The notes below the pieces were generated by a model. That model was not told the DNA's origin, made no database searches, and saw only the letters and a program-made list of their open reading frames with translations. The translations under genes and the position numbers were made by a program. Positions 36,182 to 45,311 of a DNA stretch of 64,000 nt are shown in pieces (positions within the stretch are counted from its first letter, which is position 1; each line of letters starts with the position of its first letter). The stretch is from a virus (taxonomy: Duplodnaviria; Caudoviricetes), in the IMG/VR virus record IMGVR_UViG_3300030376_006394, positions 21,212 through 85,211 of that record, one strand, 5' to 3'.

Positions 36182-37603
36182 CTACGGAATGATTATTGGA
36201 GCTGTACTTGATCCTCCATCTACAACCTCAATCATGGGGTAGCTAACTCCACCAATATTGACTGTACTTTCAAATTCTTGGGTCGTAGCATTAAAAATTT
36301 TTATTTCCTGAGTACCTCTTTTACACCACCAATCATTTTGTCGACACCAACTGGCTTCTGGTTCTTCATGATCGTTCCAGAGCATAGGGCGATTATCTGA
36401 TCTGATATTGTTCCTTACGTCTGTTCCTGGGAAAAGTTCTAGACCTACAACTTCTGCTAAAGCCAAAGCGTATCTGTCATAGTTTACTCGATGCCTTGCA
36501 TTGTACTCGTCATAAACCTCATCGCTAAACTGTCGTTCCATACTTGAATCCGTCATCATTCCGCTTGGATTATCGCCGTAGTATTGAGTCGGAAAATCAT
36601 TTGGTTCATACCAAGGAATACCGCATTCCCACCGCATCGCATGCATATGCTTGCATTCGCGACGTTCATCAATTCGACTTTGAAGAGATCGCCACTGCCT
36701 GTAATAACCAGCACCCTGTCTCTCCCATGCGGCTCGAACAGTTCTACTGGCATTAGGTAATGGGAACATATCTTGATCGACTTCCCCTTTCGGAAACTCA
36801 AGGTTTGCTAATGCACCACCTAGATGATCAGGACAGCAGCAGAACATTTTTGTTGCAGAGCAAAGATGTCTACTCCCATCTGTCTTCCAAATGTTTGGAG
36901 AAGATGGTTCATAATCAAGTTTTTTCCAATAAATAGTATTGTTTACTTTGACTCGCCCATAAGCTTTGGACAGATCAAACACCAAAGTCATTGAGCCCGT
37001 GTTTGCTGCTATTAATGTCAATGCAACACTGCCTTCTGGCTTAGAAACAATATCATCTGGATAGTTAGGCCCAGACGCAGTATCTTCAAATTGATCACCT
37101 ATAAAAATAGAGAAAATACCAACCTGAGCAGAAGTCAACACTCCACTCACGTTGTAAGTCAACGTATGATTTGCAGGATCAGGATCACTCGTATTGGTTG
37201 ATATCTGTCCCGATGTCAGGGCATTAGGCAGGATGATACTTCCTCTCGTTCTTTGCCCGACATACCAAGTCCTCTCAGGGCTAGTCTCACTTGGGAACAT
37301 TGTGACAATATCTTTTGATACACCACTAACAGCTCCTGTCGTGAATCGACTATTGCTGTAGATCGAAAGATCATCCCAACTTCTACCTGTACCAAAATAA
37401 TATGCCTGTCCTAACTGCCATCTTGTGTAATCACTTTGTCGATTATACGACTCAAGAATTGTAGGGAACTGAGCAGTTCCGTAAACACCTAATCCTTTTC
37501 CTTTACTAGGGTATAAACCTTTTGCCTTACCAAGACCTATCCCCTGAGTAATAGGTTTCAATCCAAAACTTTTTGTACCTAAATTGCCAAGTCCTTTAGG
37601 CAT
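36182..37603 (-). CDS. Hypothetical protein with SWIM-type Zn finger
   Basis: CCCPDH ... ECKHMHA (CxC-x(n)-CxH). Confidence 0.65.
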   Translation of the reverse strand: MPKGLGNLGTKSFGLKPITQGIGLGKAKGLYPSKGKGLGVYGTAQFPTILESYNRQSDYTRWQLGQAYYFGTGRSWDDLSIYSNSRFTTGAVSGVSKDIVTMFPSETSPERTWYVGQRTRGSIILPNALTSGQISTNTSDPDPANHTLTYNVSGVLTSAQVGIFSIFIGDQFEDTASGPNYPDDIVSKPEGSVALTLIAANTGSMTLVFDLSKAYGRVKVNNTIYWKKLDYEPSSPNIWKTDGSRHLCSATKMFCCCPDHLGGALANLEFPKGEVDQDMFPLPNASRTVRAAWERQGAGYYRQWRSLQSRIDERRECKHMHAMRWECGIPWYEPNDFPTQYYGDNPSGMMTDSSMERQFSDEVYDEYNARHRVNYDRYALALAEVVGLELFPGTDVRNNIRSDNRPMLWNDHEEPEASWCRQNDWWCKRGTQEIKIFNATTQEFESTVNIGGVSYPMIEVVDGGSSTAPIIIP

Positions 37604-37613
37604 TGATTTTTAT

Positions 37614-39095
37614 TTATCCTCTGAAATTTCCTTCTTTATCGAAGAACGTACTTCCAGTGGAGTACCCGCCTCTCATTCCACGTGCTGCATAAGGTCTATC
37701 ATCTCTGACTTTTGGTCCCGCAGTGATTTGACTTCTCTTTCTTGAACGATCTGAAGTTGCTGTAGCTCCTGACTTTAAATCTCCTCTCCTCCTTCCAGGA
37801 AAACCTCCAACAGCTATGCCACTTCTTAATTTCCCTGTTTCATCTGCTCTCTGTGCATTGATATATGAATCAGCCTCTCGCCTCGCATCGTCGTAATCAG
37901 ATTTCAATCTTTGGTATTCATCATCTTTTAACGAAGCACCATTGAACAGGTCTTCATATTCTTTCTTTTTCTGATCATACAAATCACCCATTGACGGATC
38001 ATCGCCAACCCAATCTCCTACTCTTGTACCTGAATCGTCAACCTCCTCACTGGGATCATCCCCCATATATGTTCCAGCAGTTTCTTCTCCTGGATCTCCT
38101 GGATCATCAGGAGTTGGACCTGGAATAGCTTCACAGTTTCCTGCCGCGTTTTTCTGTGTACCCGTCGGACACACATCATCAGGAATGTCAGGGATATCAA
38201 TACATCCATCACCAGCACTATTTAATTGCTTACCTGCACCGCAAACGATAGGAAGCTCTGTCTCACAATCCGCAGGGTTCAGAACCATCGACCCGTCTGG
38301 GCACGTGTGATATTCAGGTATGGTCACATCAGGTTGGCATGTTCCATCGGAATTCCTTGACTGACCTTCTGGACATTCGGTTGGGGCTTGAGTACAACTA
38401 CTTCCATCCCAAGTTCCACCCGACTGAGCACATTGATATTCCTCGCTTCTTTTAATGTTTGCCAGTACGTCGTCTCGTGTTTGACCTCTTCCTCTTATGT
38501 CTTCCATCCAATACTCCCTGCCTTCATCCCCTAATTCCCTACCAAGCTCTTCCTCGTAAACATCACCCAACCATTTTTCATCACTTCGTTTAATGTTTGC
38601 TTCTACTTCTTCTCGTGTTGCCCCACCAGCTAAGTCTCCCATCCAATACTCTTTACCCTCATCGCCAATATCGCGTTTTAAAACGTCTTGATAGACACCC
38701 TTTAGCCATTCCTCATTGTTCTGACCTGAACCACCTTCGTCATTAATTTCTTTATATTCATTACTTGCTTGAATATTTTGTTTAACTTGTTCCTGCGTTT
38801 GGTTCCCGCTATTGATTTGCTTAGCCCAATAGGCTGCTCCCGCCTTGTCAGGCTCTCTGTCTAATTCAACCTTATAGGTATCTTCTATAAATTTCCTAGT
38901 CTCTTCTTCTTTGTCTTCTTTTATTTGTTTTGCTTCATCTGAAGCATCGAATGCGTTAGCAACGCTGGTAGCATCCATGCGACCAGAATCAATCTCAGCT
39001 TGCCAATAAGCCTTACCTGCTGCGTCTGGTGCTCTTCCGAATTTTTCCTGGTAGAGCTGATCTAGATAAGCTCCTGTATTAGCAAGTGATGGCAT
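37614..39095 (-). CDS. Protein with four DUF4214-like repeats and five Cys-pair repeats
   Basis: Four Y..LGR..D..G..YW...S.E units, then CAQSGGTWDGSSC, CPEGQSRNSDGTC, CPDGSMVLNPADC, CGAGKQLNSAGDGC, CPTGTQKNAAGNC. Confidence 0.8.
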   Translation of the reverse strand: MPSLANTGAYLDQLYQEKFGRAPDAAGKAYWQAEIDSGRMDATSVANAFDASDEAKQIKEDKEEETRKFIEDTYKVELDREPDKAGAAYWAKQINSGNQTQEQVKQNIQASNEYKEINDEGGSGQNNEEWLKGVYQDVLKRDIGDEGKEYWMGDLAGGATREEVEANIKRSDEKWLGDVYEEELGRELGDEGREYWMEDIRGRGQTRDDVLANIKRSEEYQCAQSGGTWDGSSCTQAPTECPEGQSRNSDGTCQPDVTIPEYHTCPDGSMVLNPADCETELPIVCGAGKQLNSAGDGCIDIPDIPDDVCPTGTQKNAAGNCEAIPGPTPDDPGDPGEETAGTYMGDDPSEEVDDSGTRVGDWVGDDPSMGDLYDQKKKEYEDLFNGASLKDDEYQRLKSDYDDARREADSYINAQRADETGKLRSGIAVGGFPGRRRGDLKSGATATSDRSRKRSQITAGPKVRDDRPYAARGMRGGYSTGSTFFDKEGNFRG

Positions 39096-39098
39096 GAC

Positions 39099-39635
39099 TT
39101 AGAAGAAACCTCCTTGTGCAAATACATGAACTCTTGTGTTCGCGCTTGGAGCAGCAATCGCTTGGTCAACACCAACGTAAATCAATGCACCAGATGGAAC
39201 ATATAGTCCTGTGTTCTTCTTGTCAGTTTCGGTTGGATACGCTGCGACCGTTGCTGCTGGACTAGCTAAGTTTGGGACTGGAACACTTAATGGTGGTAAA
39301 GGTATATTCGTTCTTTGTCCTTTTGATGATGATCCAATTGTCGCACCAGCTACATACGCCGAGTTAGCTGTTGTTATGGACGCAGCAACTGTTGCTGTAC
39401 TGAGGAAAACGAGAACATTACGAGCAGTCGTATTTGCCTCCATTGCAACGATGGACAGGCTGTCAATAACCGCTCCATCATTTGCCGAACAATCCACAAG
39501 CAATACACATCCTGCTGTTGCTGGTGTATTTAAATTCGTTGATGCTGTTAACGCTGCTGTTCCACCAACAGTCGCAAACGAATGCATTGGTCTGTCGACC
39601 AATAAGGGCATTTTATTTGAACTACTCGTTGCCAT
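39099..39635 (-). CDS. Virion structural protein (putative)
   Basis: Ala/Thr-rich beta protein in the morphogenesis operon. Confidence 0.65.
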   Translation of the reverse strand: MATSSSNKMPLLVDRPMHSFATVGGTAALTASTNLNTPATAGCVLLVDCSANDGAVIDSLSIVAMEANTTARNVLVFLSTATVAASITTANSAYVAGATIGSSSKGQRTNIPLPPLSVPVPNLASPAATVAAYPTETDKKNTGLYVPSGALIYVGVDQAIAAPSANTRVHVFAQGGFF

Positions 39636-39688
39636 TTAATTACCTATCTATTTAAAGTTTAATGAAATTGCATTAGCAAAAATGCCAA

Positions 39689-40126
39689 CTACATAGGAGA
39701 GATGTCCCTGAGTGGACCAGCTTTCATTAGTCCAACAGAGGTACTCATTCCTTTTCTTTTATCCTTTGTGTCCTCACGTTTAATTTTGCCTTGTTTCTCG
39801 ACTGGAACTGGTGGAGGATCAAAAGAAGAACCTCTCTGGTTTGGTCTTGTAAATATTGGTGCTTCGTTATTGATAACTTGCTCGCCATCACCATATGGAT
39901 TCTTTCTCACAACCTGATCACCTTGCATCGACATGGCAGGATTCGTCGGTGAAGCGACAGGCATAAAGGACTGAAAGTTTTGTGGGTTATTTGGAACTCC
40001 ACCTTTCTGTCCTGTGAAATAACGGTTGGCTTCACCTTCCGCTTTCTTGTTGACGTACCACTCGTTAGGTCTAAAGGAACGCTTTGCTCCTTCCTTGTAC
40101 TTCATGTGGTCGGGTTTCCTAGTCAT
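39689..40126 (-). CDS. Hypothetical protein
   Basis: 145-aa ORF coupled to the upstream gene. Confidence 0.65.
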   Translation of the reverse strand: MTRKPDHMKYKEGAKRSFRPNEWYVNKKAEGEANRYFTGQKGGVPNNPQNFQSFMPVASPTNPAMSMQGDQVVRKNPYGDGEQVINNEAPIFTRPNQRGSSFDPPPVPVEKQGKIKREDTKDKRKGMSTSVGLMKAGPLRDISPM

Positions 40127-40917
40127 ACTGTGATTGCTCCACTAGCTAATGCATTTGGAATACGTATATTTTTAAAATCATCTAACAAACTCTTCGTCTT
40201 CGATTGAGCGTTTAATGTATTCGCTTCACTATCACTTGTGCCTGGGTTGATAATGTGAGCGTTCATCACGCCTTGCTCATCACTTGGAGTGAATGTATTC
40301 AGCTCAGTTGTTTCTCCTGGACTTGTATTAGATGCTTGAGAGAAGGTTGCATCTTCGCTAAAAGCACCAGAGATATTGCTTTCTTGATTTTCTTTTGGAT
40401 TTGTAATGTTATCCCCTAGTGGAAATTGATAATAAATATCACTGTTGTTAATATCCTGATCCGAGCCTGGACCAACCCCTAGGCTTGATTGATCAGCATT
40501 TTGTTCTTCTAGTGTGGCGCTGGGAGTTTCTTGGCCTTGCCCCTTATTGCCTAACATCTGTTGCAAGATTGCCGCACCCCCTGCGGCTAATACAGCATTT
40601 GTTAACTTTGATTTATTGCTATCACCAGTAAATACTGTTGCTAAGGCACCAGCAGCCATGGGTAATCCAACTTTGTCATTTAATAATCCTTTAAAGCCAG
40701 CGTTGTCAGGAATACCCGCGTTGCCTTTCATTTCATTTAATGCTTCCGCTTTATTCCTCTCCGAACTACCTTCTCCGTTATTGCTATCCCAGCCACCACC
40801 TGGATAACTAATTTGATTGATTTCCTGCTTGATCTTGCTCCCGTCAATCAATTTTCTTCTAAGATCCCTTTCCTCGGCAGCGCTTTTAGGAAAATCGTCG
40901 TAATTCAATGTAGCCAT
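40123..40917 (-). CDS. Hypothetical protein, possibly virion-associated
   Basis: 264-aa ORF in the operon. Confidence 0.7.
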   Translation of the reverse strand: MATLNYDDFPKSAAEERDLRRKLIDGSKIKQEINQISYPGGGWDSNNGEGSSERNKAEALNEMKGNAGIPDNAGFKGLLNDKVGLPMAAGALATVFTGDSNKSKLTNAVLAAGGAAILQQMLGNKGQGQETPSATLEEQNADQSSLGVGPGSDQDINNSDIYYQFPLGDNITNPKENQESNISGAFSEDATFSQASNTSPGETTELNTFTPSDEQGVMNAHIINPGTSDSEANTLNAQSKTKSLLDDFKNIRIPNALASGAITV

Positions 40918-40919
40918 AA

Positions 40920-41405
40920 TTACCTCCAGTTTTGTGATCCAACGGCTTGTGCAACTCTTGTCCCAACTGCCGTATCGGCTGGACCTTTGATTGCCATGAT
41001 GTATTCAGACCCTGAGCGATCAAAAGCGTATCTTCTTACCTCGTCACGTCGATAGTTAGCGACATATAATGTCTCAGCTAAGCGATCAACTTCACGTAGA
41101 TAAATTTCTCGATATGTTTTGTCAGCTTTAATAGGATCTGACTGCATGATCTGCCTGTCAGTATCCCCTGTTATACGCTGGATCATATTAGGTTGAGGCG
41201 ATGTCTCAGATTTAAATACCTGAGAAAGCCTGTATGCCTTATCACAGCGATTTAAGTGCTCGACAATTCTCTCGAAGAAGTAACTGTCAGGGACTCTTGC
41301 CATCGCCTCTTCTAGACGAGCGATATCACCTGCTGGGAGATTCGCGCCAGTGTTATAACCAAGATGGAACCGCGTACGGCTTTTGTCGTAGTCGTTAAGT
41401 TCCAA
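40920..41405 (-). CDS. Head-tail adaptor-like protein
   Basis: Helical 161 aa (RTRFHLGY), size and position downstream of the capsid genes. Confidence 0.5.
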   Translation of the reverse strand: MELNDYDKSRTRFHLGYNTGANLPAGDIARLEEAMARVPDSYFFERIVEHLNRCDKAYRLSQVFKSETSPQPNMIQRITGDTDRQIMQSDPIKADKTYREIYLREVDRLAETLYVANYRRDEVRRYAFDRSGSEYIMAIKGPADTAVGTRVAQAVGSQNWR

Positions 41406-41441
41406 TCGACAGAAAAGATGACTTTCGCTTTATTCTAGGAG

Positions 41442-41873
41442 CTATGAGATATAGATTAAATCTTCTTTAAATACTTCATCCCAATCAACCCTGCTGATTT
41501 TTCTTAGTTGCTCTAAGTTCTTAAATCTTTCTCCAGGTAATGAGAGTCGTAATTCAACAATTTTCTTTGCGGTTGCATAACCAATACCTTTGACTTGCTT
41601 AGCTAATGCTTCAGCGGTGGTCACGTTTAGATTCAATCTTGTATCTAAAGGTATGACTGCTTCTGGGATCTTATCCTCATCCTCTTTTTTGAGGATATCA
41701 GGAGTTTCAATGGTTTGACCTGTACGTCCTTTCCCTGCTTCGTATGAAACTAAATCATTCAAAGCAACATACTGAACAATACCTGTTGCATTCTTCACCA
41801 TTGCCCAGTCTTTGTCGTGATGTCCAATGAACTCGACGACTTGACCGTTCTTTTGATTTTGATATAACGCCAT
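41442..41873 (-). CDS. Helix-hairpin-helix (ComEA-like) DNA-binding protein
   Basis: LNLNVTTAEAL...VKGIGYATAKKIVELR...FKNLEQL. Confidence 0.8.
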   Translation of the reverse strand: MALYQNQKNGQVVEFIGHHDKDWAMVKNATGIVQYVALNDLVSYEAGKGRTGQTIETPDILKKEDEDKIPEAVIPLDTRLNLNVTTAEALAKQVKGIGYATAKKIVELRLSLPGERFKNLEQLRKISRVDWDEVFKEDLIYIS

Positions 41874-41878
41874 AAATT

Positions 41879-41906
41879 AAAAAAGGCATCCCTTTTGAGA
41901 TGCCTT
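41879..41906 (-). terminator. Rho-independent terminator after the capsid genes
   Basis: AAGGCATC/GATGCCTT stem with A-tract on the left. Confidence 0.8.
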
Positions 41907-41930
41907 TATTGTAGTGAGAAACCTAGTGAT

Positions 41931-42566
41931 TTAGGTCTCTGTGATGTAAGGAATAAAAGTACTATCTACATCAGCTACTTCATCATCGACGAAATAAGAT
42001 ACTTCAACAATGATTGGAGTACCACCAGTTTGCGTAGAAGTTAAAGCACTTCCTGCACCGTTGCCTGCTGCATTACGAACATAAACCTTAAGAGTTTCTG
42101 CTCCTGCAAGCACTGCTGCGGTTACGAGTCCTTTCTTAGCAGATGCTGGTGCAATAGTTGTACTAGCAACTGCAATAGTTGGAGAAGAAACCACACTGGT
42201 TGTAATACTGCCAGCAGCAGAACCAGCCGCATCTTTAACTGCGATGGTGTCTGTGTTTGTGCCGACTAAACCTGATGCTGCTGTGCCAGCATCTTTATTC
42301 TTCCTCATGTCAGGAACACGAATACCTACGTGGTATACAGATGCTCCTGCTGGAATTGTTAATCCAGTGATATTCGCACGGACTTTATCGTCTCCGCGCA
42401 TATCTGGACTAGGGATGGTTATTGCAAACTCAGTTCCGCCTGTAGCGTCAACTAATGCATAACCAACTTTGTGGTAGTACACTCTACCTGGACATGCCAC
42501 CACTGGCTGCCCTTGATAACTACTGAGTGCTGTGACCCAGTTACCAGGATAAATCTTTTTAGCCAT
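41931..42566 (-). CDS. Minor capsid/decoration protein (putative)
   Basis: Ala/Thr-rich beta protein directly after the capsid gene. Confidence 0.6.
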   Translation of the reverse strand: MAKKIYPGNWVTALSSYQGQPVVACPGRVYYHKVGYALVDATGGTEFAITIPSPDMRGDDKVRANITGLTIPAGASVYHVGIRVPDMRKNKDAGTAASGLVGTNTDTIAVKDAAGSAAGSITTSVVSSPTIAVASTTIAPASAKKGLVTAAVLAGAETLKVYVRNAAGNGAGSALTSTQTGGTPIIVEVSYFVDDEVADVDSTFIPYITET

Positions 42567-42583
42567 AATTGTTAGTTACCTCC

Positions 42584-43732
42584 TCAATATACGAATGAGT
42601 AAGCAACAGTTATGAAGTCCTTATTAAGGATTTCAAAACCAGCAAAAAGTGACCAAATCATAATGATGAAGCGTGAAAAATCATCATTATTATTTAATAA
42701 GATTTGGGCATTATTGCCACCAATTCCGACACCAACTGCCTGTGGTCCAAAGAATAACATTGGAGCAATATTGTAATTAGCAGCACCAGCATTTGCTGCG
42801 TCTACTGCAATATTTGCATTGATAGTCTTTTCAGGTAAGTTGGTTGACTCGAACCATCTGACTCCCTCGAACAGGAAGCCTGTCGGCATGACAGGTTGTC
42901 CAGCTACGAAACCAGCTTGGCCGTAGGCTGGGCCCATGCCCTGGAAGAAGTTAGCGTTAGGAGCCTGCTCTGGAGACATAGGATTGACCATCCCATTGCC
43001 TGCATATCGTGCGATCTCTCTGAACGCGTCGTTCTGCCTCAGATGCATCATGGCGGTCGGATCCGCTATACATCTGTAGTAGCCGTCTGAGAAAGTTGGT
43101 ACATTTCTCTTACGCATGTCTTTGACAACCTGAAGAAGGTCTGTCTTGACATCGAACTTAGCTGAAACGTTAGCTCCGTAGGTGAAGACTGGGTTTCCTG
43201 CTGCTTTAGCACTTCCACCTGGGAAGTAGTATCCACCCTGTGCATCGGATGAATTACCATTCGCTTCAGCTTTAAATAGCTCGTCTGCGAATACTCTATC
43301 TCTCCAACGTCTGTAGTCGTCCAAGAGAGTCAGACTACCAATTGACTGGTGAAAAACGTTGAGATTACCAGTATCTAGGAGTAGGCGTTGTGCAGTTAAC
43401 AATGTTTCACGAGCAACCTTAAAGGTTGAAGGTGAAGTTGCATCTGTTGGATCTGCTGGACCTGTGTACTCCTTAAGGTTCACTAGAACCTTGTCTTTAA
43501 CAATATTTCTGCTAGATGCCGTTCCGAGTGTTTGATCCGCTGTACGCTCTCTGGAATCCTTATTACCAGGATTTCCCCAGAACCTATAACGGTCGAGCTG
43601 CACGGTCTGTCCAGGTTGCTTGGAAAAATCGTGTACCACTACTGGTTCGACTGCCATCTCGATGATATATCCAGGATGGGGTCGATATAGTTCGGCTCCT
43701 AACAGTTTTGGAAAATCATTATCAATCCACAT
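42584..43732 (-). CDS. Major capsid protein
   Basis: 382 aa; N4-gp56-like features (KQPGQTVQLDRY, RCIADP, G.FEGVRWFESTN, FFGPQAVG, W..FAGFEILN); followed by decoration gene and terminator. Confidence 0.85.
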   Translation of the reverse strand: MWIDNDFPKLLGAELYRPHPGYIIEMAVEPVVVHDFSKQPGQTVQLDRYRFWGNPGNKDSRERTADQTLGTASSRNIVKDKVLVNLKEYTGPADPTDATSPSTFKVARETLLTAQRLLLDTGNLNVFHQSIGSLTLLDDYRRWRDRVFADELFKAEANGNSSDAQGGYYFPGGSAKAAGNPVFTYGANVSAKFDVKTDLLQVVKDMRKRNVPTFSDGYYRCIADPTAMMHLRQNDAFREIARYAGNGMVNPMSPEQAPNANFFQGMGPAYGQAGFVAGQPVMPTGFLFEGVRWFESTNLPEKTINANIAVDAANAGAANYNIAPMLFFGPQAVGVGIGGNNAQILLNNNDDFSRFIIMIWSLFAGFEILNKDFITVAYSFVY

Positions 43733-43821
43733 TGGGATTTATAACTCCGAAACTTATAAGGAACAAGACACACCTAATGTGTGTTGTCTATATCATAAAT
43801 ACATCTCATAGGGTAAAACTA

Positions 43822-44514
43822 TTGGAGGCTACCGACGTTCGCGGAATCCTCGGATTATTGATAGCAGATGGAAGTCTTGTCGCATATCGCACTCCTAGCG
43901 GTGGTTACATACAACTCACACTTGTAGCTGGTGCGACCGAGTCTGCTTTTCTGGAGGAAAAAGTTAAGGAATTTAATCAATTTATTTTCACAAAGGCAAA
44001 AATTGTTCCCTATAAAACAAAAGCAAGATCAAGTGGTAATTCGACCCCAATTCTTCGTTTCAGGGTTTCAACCAATAAATTGCGTCCTGTCTACAACCTT
44101 CTTTATCCAATCGGTGAAAGACAGATTACGCAAACCACTCTTGATTTATTAGGAGCTAAAGCTGCTGCATGGTTATGGGCAGAAGGCGCGAAAGTCTTAA
44201 AGGATGGCTCTTCTCTACTCTCAAGAGTTGGAAATACATTCGAAGAAACTCTAATGATTCAAAATTGGCTCCAGATGCTCGTTGGGGCAGAGGGGATGAT
44301 TGATGAAAACTACGTTCGCCCAAGAATTCAATTTGATATAGAGAATACCCAGAAAGTACAAGAAGCACTTACTAATTACGCACCCCAAAGTCGTTTACAC
44401 CTTTTCAAACAGGAGCAATGGAATGTCAGCGCAATTCGTAGTTCACGCACTGAGTTACAGTTTGGGAAAGGGGAAAATCAGTCTCAAGGGGAAAAGGCAA
44501 CGTCCTTGGCTTGA
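43822..44514 (+). CDS. LAGLIDADG-family endonuclease-like protein (two-motif type)
   Basis: ILGLLIADGSL and AAWLWAEG motifs; likely TTG start at 43822. Confidence 0.75.
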   Translation: MEATDVRGILGLLIADGSLVAYRTPSGGYIQLTLVAGATESAFLEEKVKEFNQFIFTKAKIVPYKTKARSSGNSTPILRFRVSTNKLRPVYNLLYPIGERQITQTTLDLLGAKAAAWLWAEGAKVLKDGSSLLSRVGNTFEETLMIQNWLQMLVGAEGMIDENYVRPRIQFDIENTQKVQEALTNYAPQSRLHLFKQEQWNVSAIRSSRTELQFGKGENQSQGEKATSLA

Positions 44515-45013
44515 AATTTCCAGAAGTGAAATTGATCGTACTTATTTAGACCACCAACTAAGAACTCTTAGATATTCTCACGACGGACCAGTCGATTATT
44601 TCTGGGATCGGATTGCAACAGATGGCTTCTACGACAAAGAACGTTTCAGATTCCAAGGAGATCTGCTTTGGAGGGCTTATGAATTGCTTTATCCAAGAGA
44701 TTTATTTTCAATCAACAGAGAAGTCCTCAATATTGCTGGATTAAAAGGAGCTACTGCTCTTTGGATTGATCAAGGCAGGATTACTGGTAAGAAAGGGTCT
44801 ATTAGAGGTCGATATTCCGAGAATGATTATTTAGAACTGGAATCATGGTTTAACGATCTGAGTATCCCTGCGAAAATCCATCGAAACAATATGAGTGTTG
44901 TTCAACTAAGTTTCAAGAAAGATTCTCTGATTGCATTGCTTGAATTAATCAAACCTTTCGTACATATCAATATGAAGAAGACATTGAAGCAACAGTTTTC
45001 AAAATTCAGGTAG
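44423..45013 (+). CDS. Second LAGLIDADG-like protein, acidic catalytic residues lost
   Basis: YSLGKGKI (D to K) and LWIDQG; AYELLYP and LIKPFVH..MK match the same fold. Confidence 0.7.
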   Translation: MSAQFVVHALSYSLGKGKISLKGKRQRPWLEISRSEIDRTYLDHQLRTLRYSHDGPVDYFWDRIATDGFYDKERFRFQGDLLWRAYELLYPRDLFSINREVLNIAGLKGATALWIDQGRITGKKGSIRGRYSENDYLELESWFNDLSIPAKIHRNNMSVVQLSFKKDSLIALLELIKPFVHINMKKTLKQQFSKFR

Positions 45014-45048
45014 ATTAAGCATGCCCCGTAGAAGAACTACGACAGGGG

Positions 45049-45156
45049 TTTTAGTGAAGTCAGGAGTTCTGGTTTTTGTAGTTTCCTAGAGCTTTAAATT
45101 GATCCCTGTGCGTTTAGCTGACGTGCAGGGCTCCTGATAGGTGAGATTCACTAAAA
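45049..45156 (+). ncRNA. Candidate structured RNA (three-way junction) upstream of cp12
   Basis: Stems 45049-58/45147-56 (10 bp perfect), 45060-66/45131-37 (7 bp perfect), 45067-72/45086-91 and 45104-13/45121-30; the G-U pairs only work on the plus strand. Confidence 0.6.
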
Positions 45157-45177
45157 TACGACTATACAAGGGATTTC

Positions 45178-45306
45178 ATGTCTATGAGTGACTCTCTTGA
45201 CCAAGACGACCTTGACTCACCAACGATTTCCCCTCAACGTAGACGGTACTTAGAGTATTGCGAAGAGAACCCGTCAGATGAGGAATGTCGGTTATATGAG
45301 TGCTAA
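45178..45306 (+). CDS. cp12: Mini CP12-like protein, 42 aa (not in ORF track)
   Basis: MSMSDSLDQDDLDSPTISPQRRRYLEYCEENPSDEECRLYEC*; EYCEENPxxxECRxY is the CP12 C-terminal loop. Confidence 0.75.
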   Translation: MSMSDSLDQDDLDSPTISPQRRRYLEYCEENPSDEECRLYEC

Positions 45307-45311
45307 TTTTC

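Noticed and set aside
41442-41873. PsbU (photosystem II extrinsic protein) call for the HhH gene
   Set aside because: No signal peptide, and the KGIG hairpin fits ComEA-type HhH better
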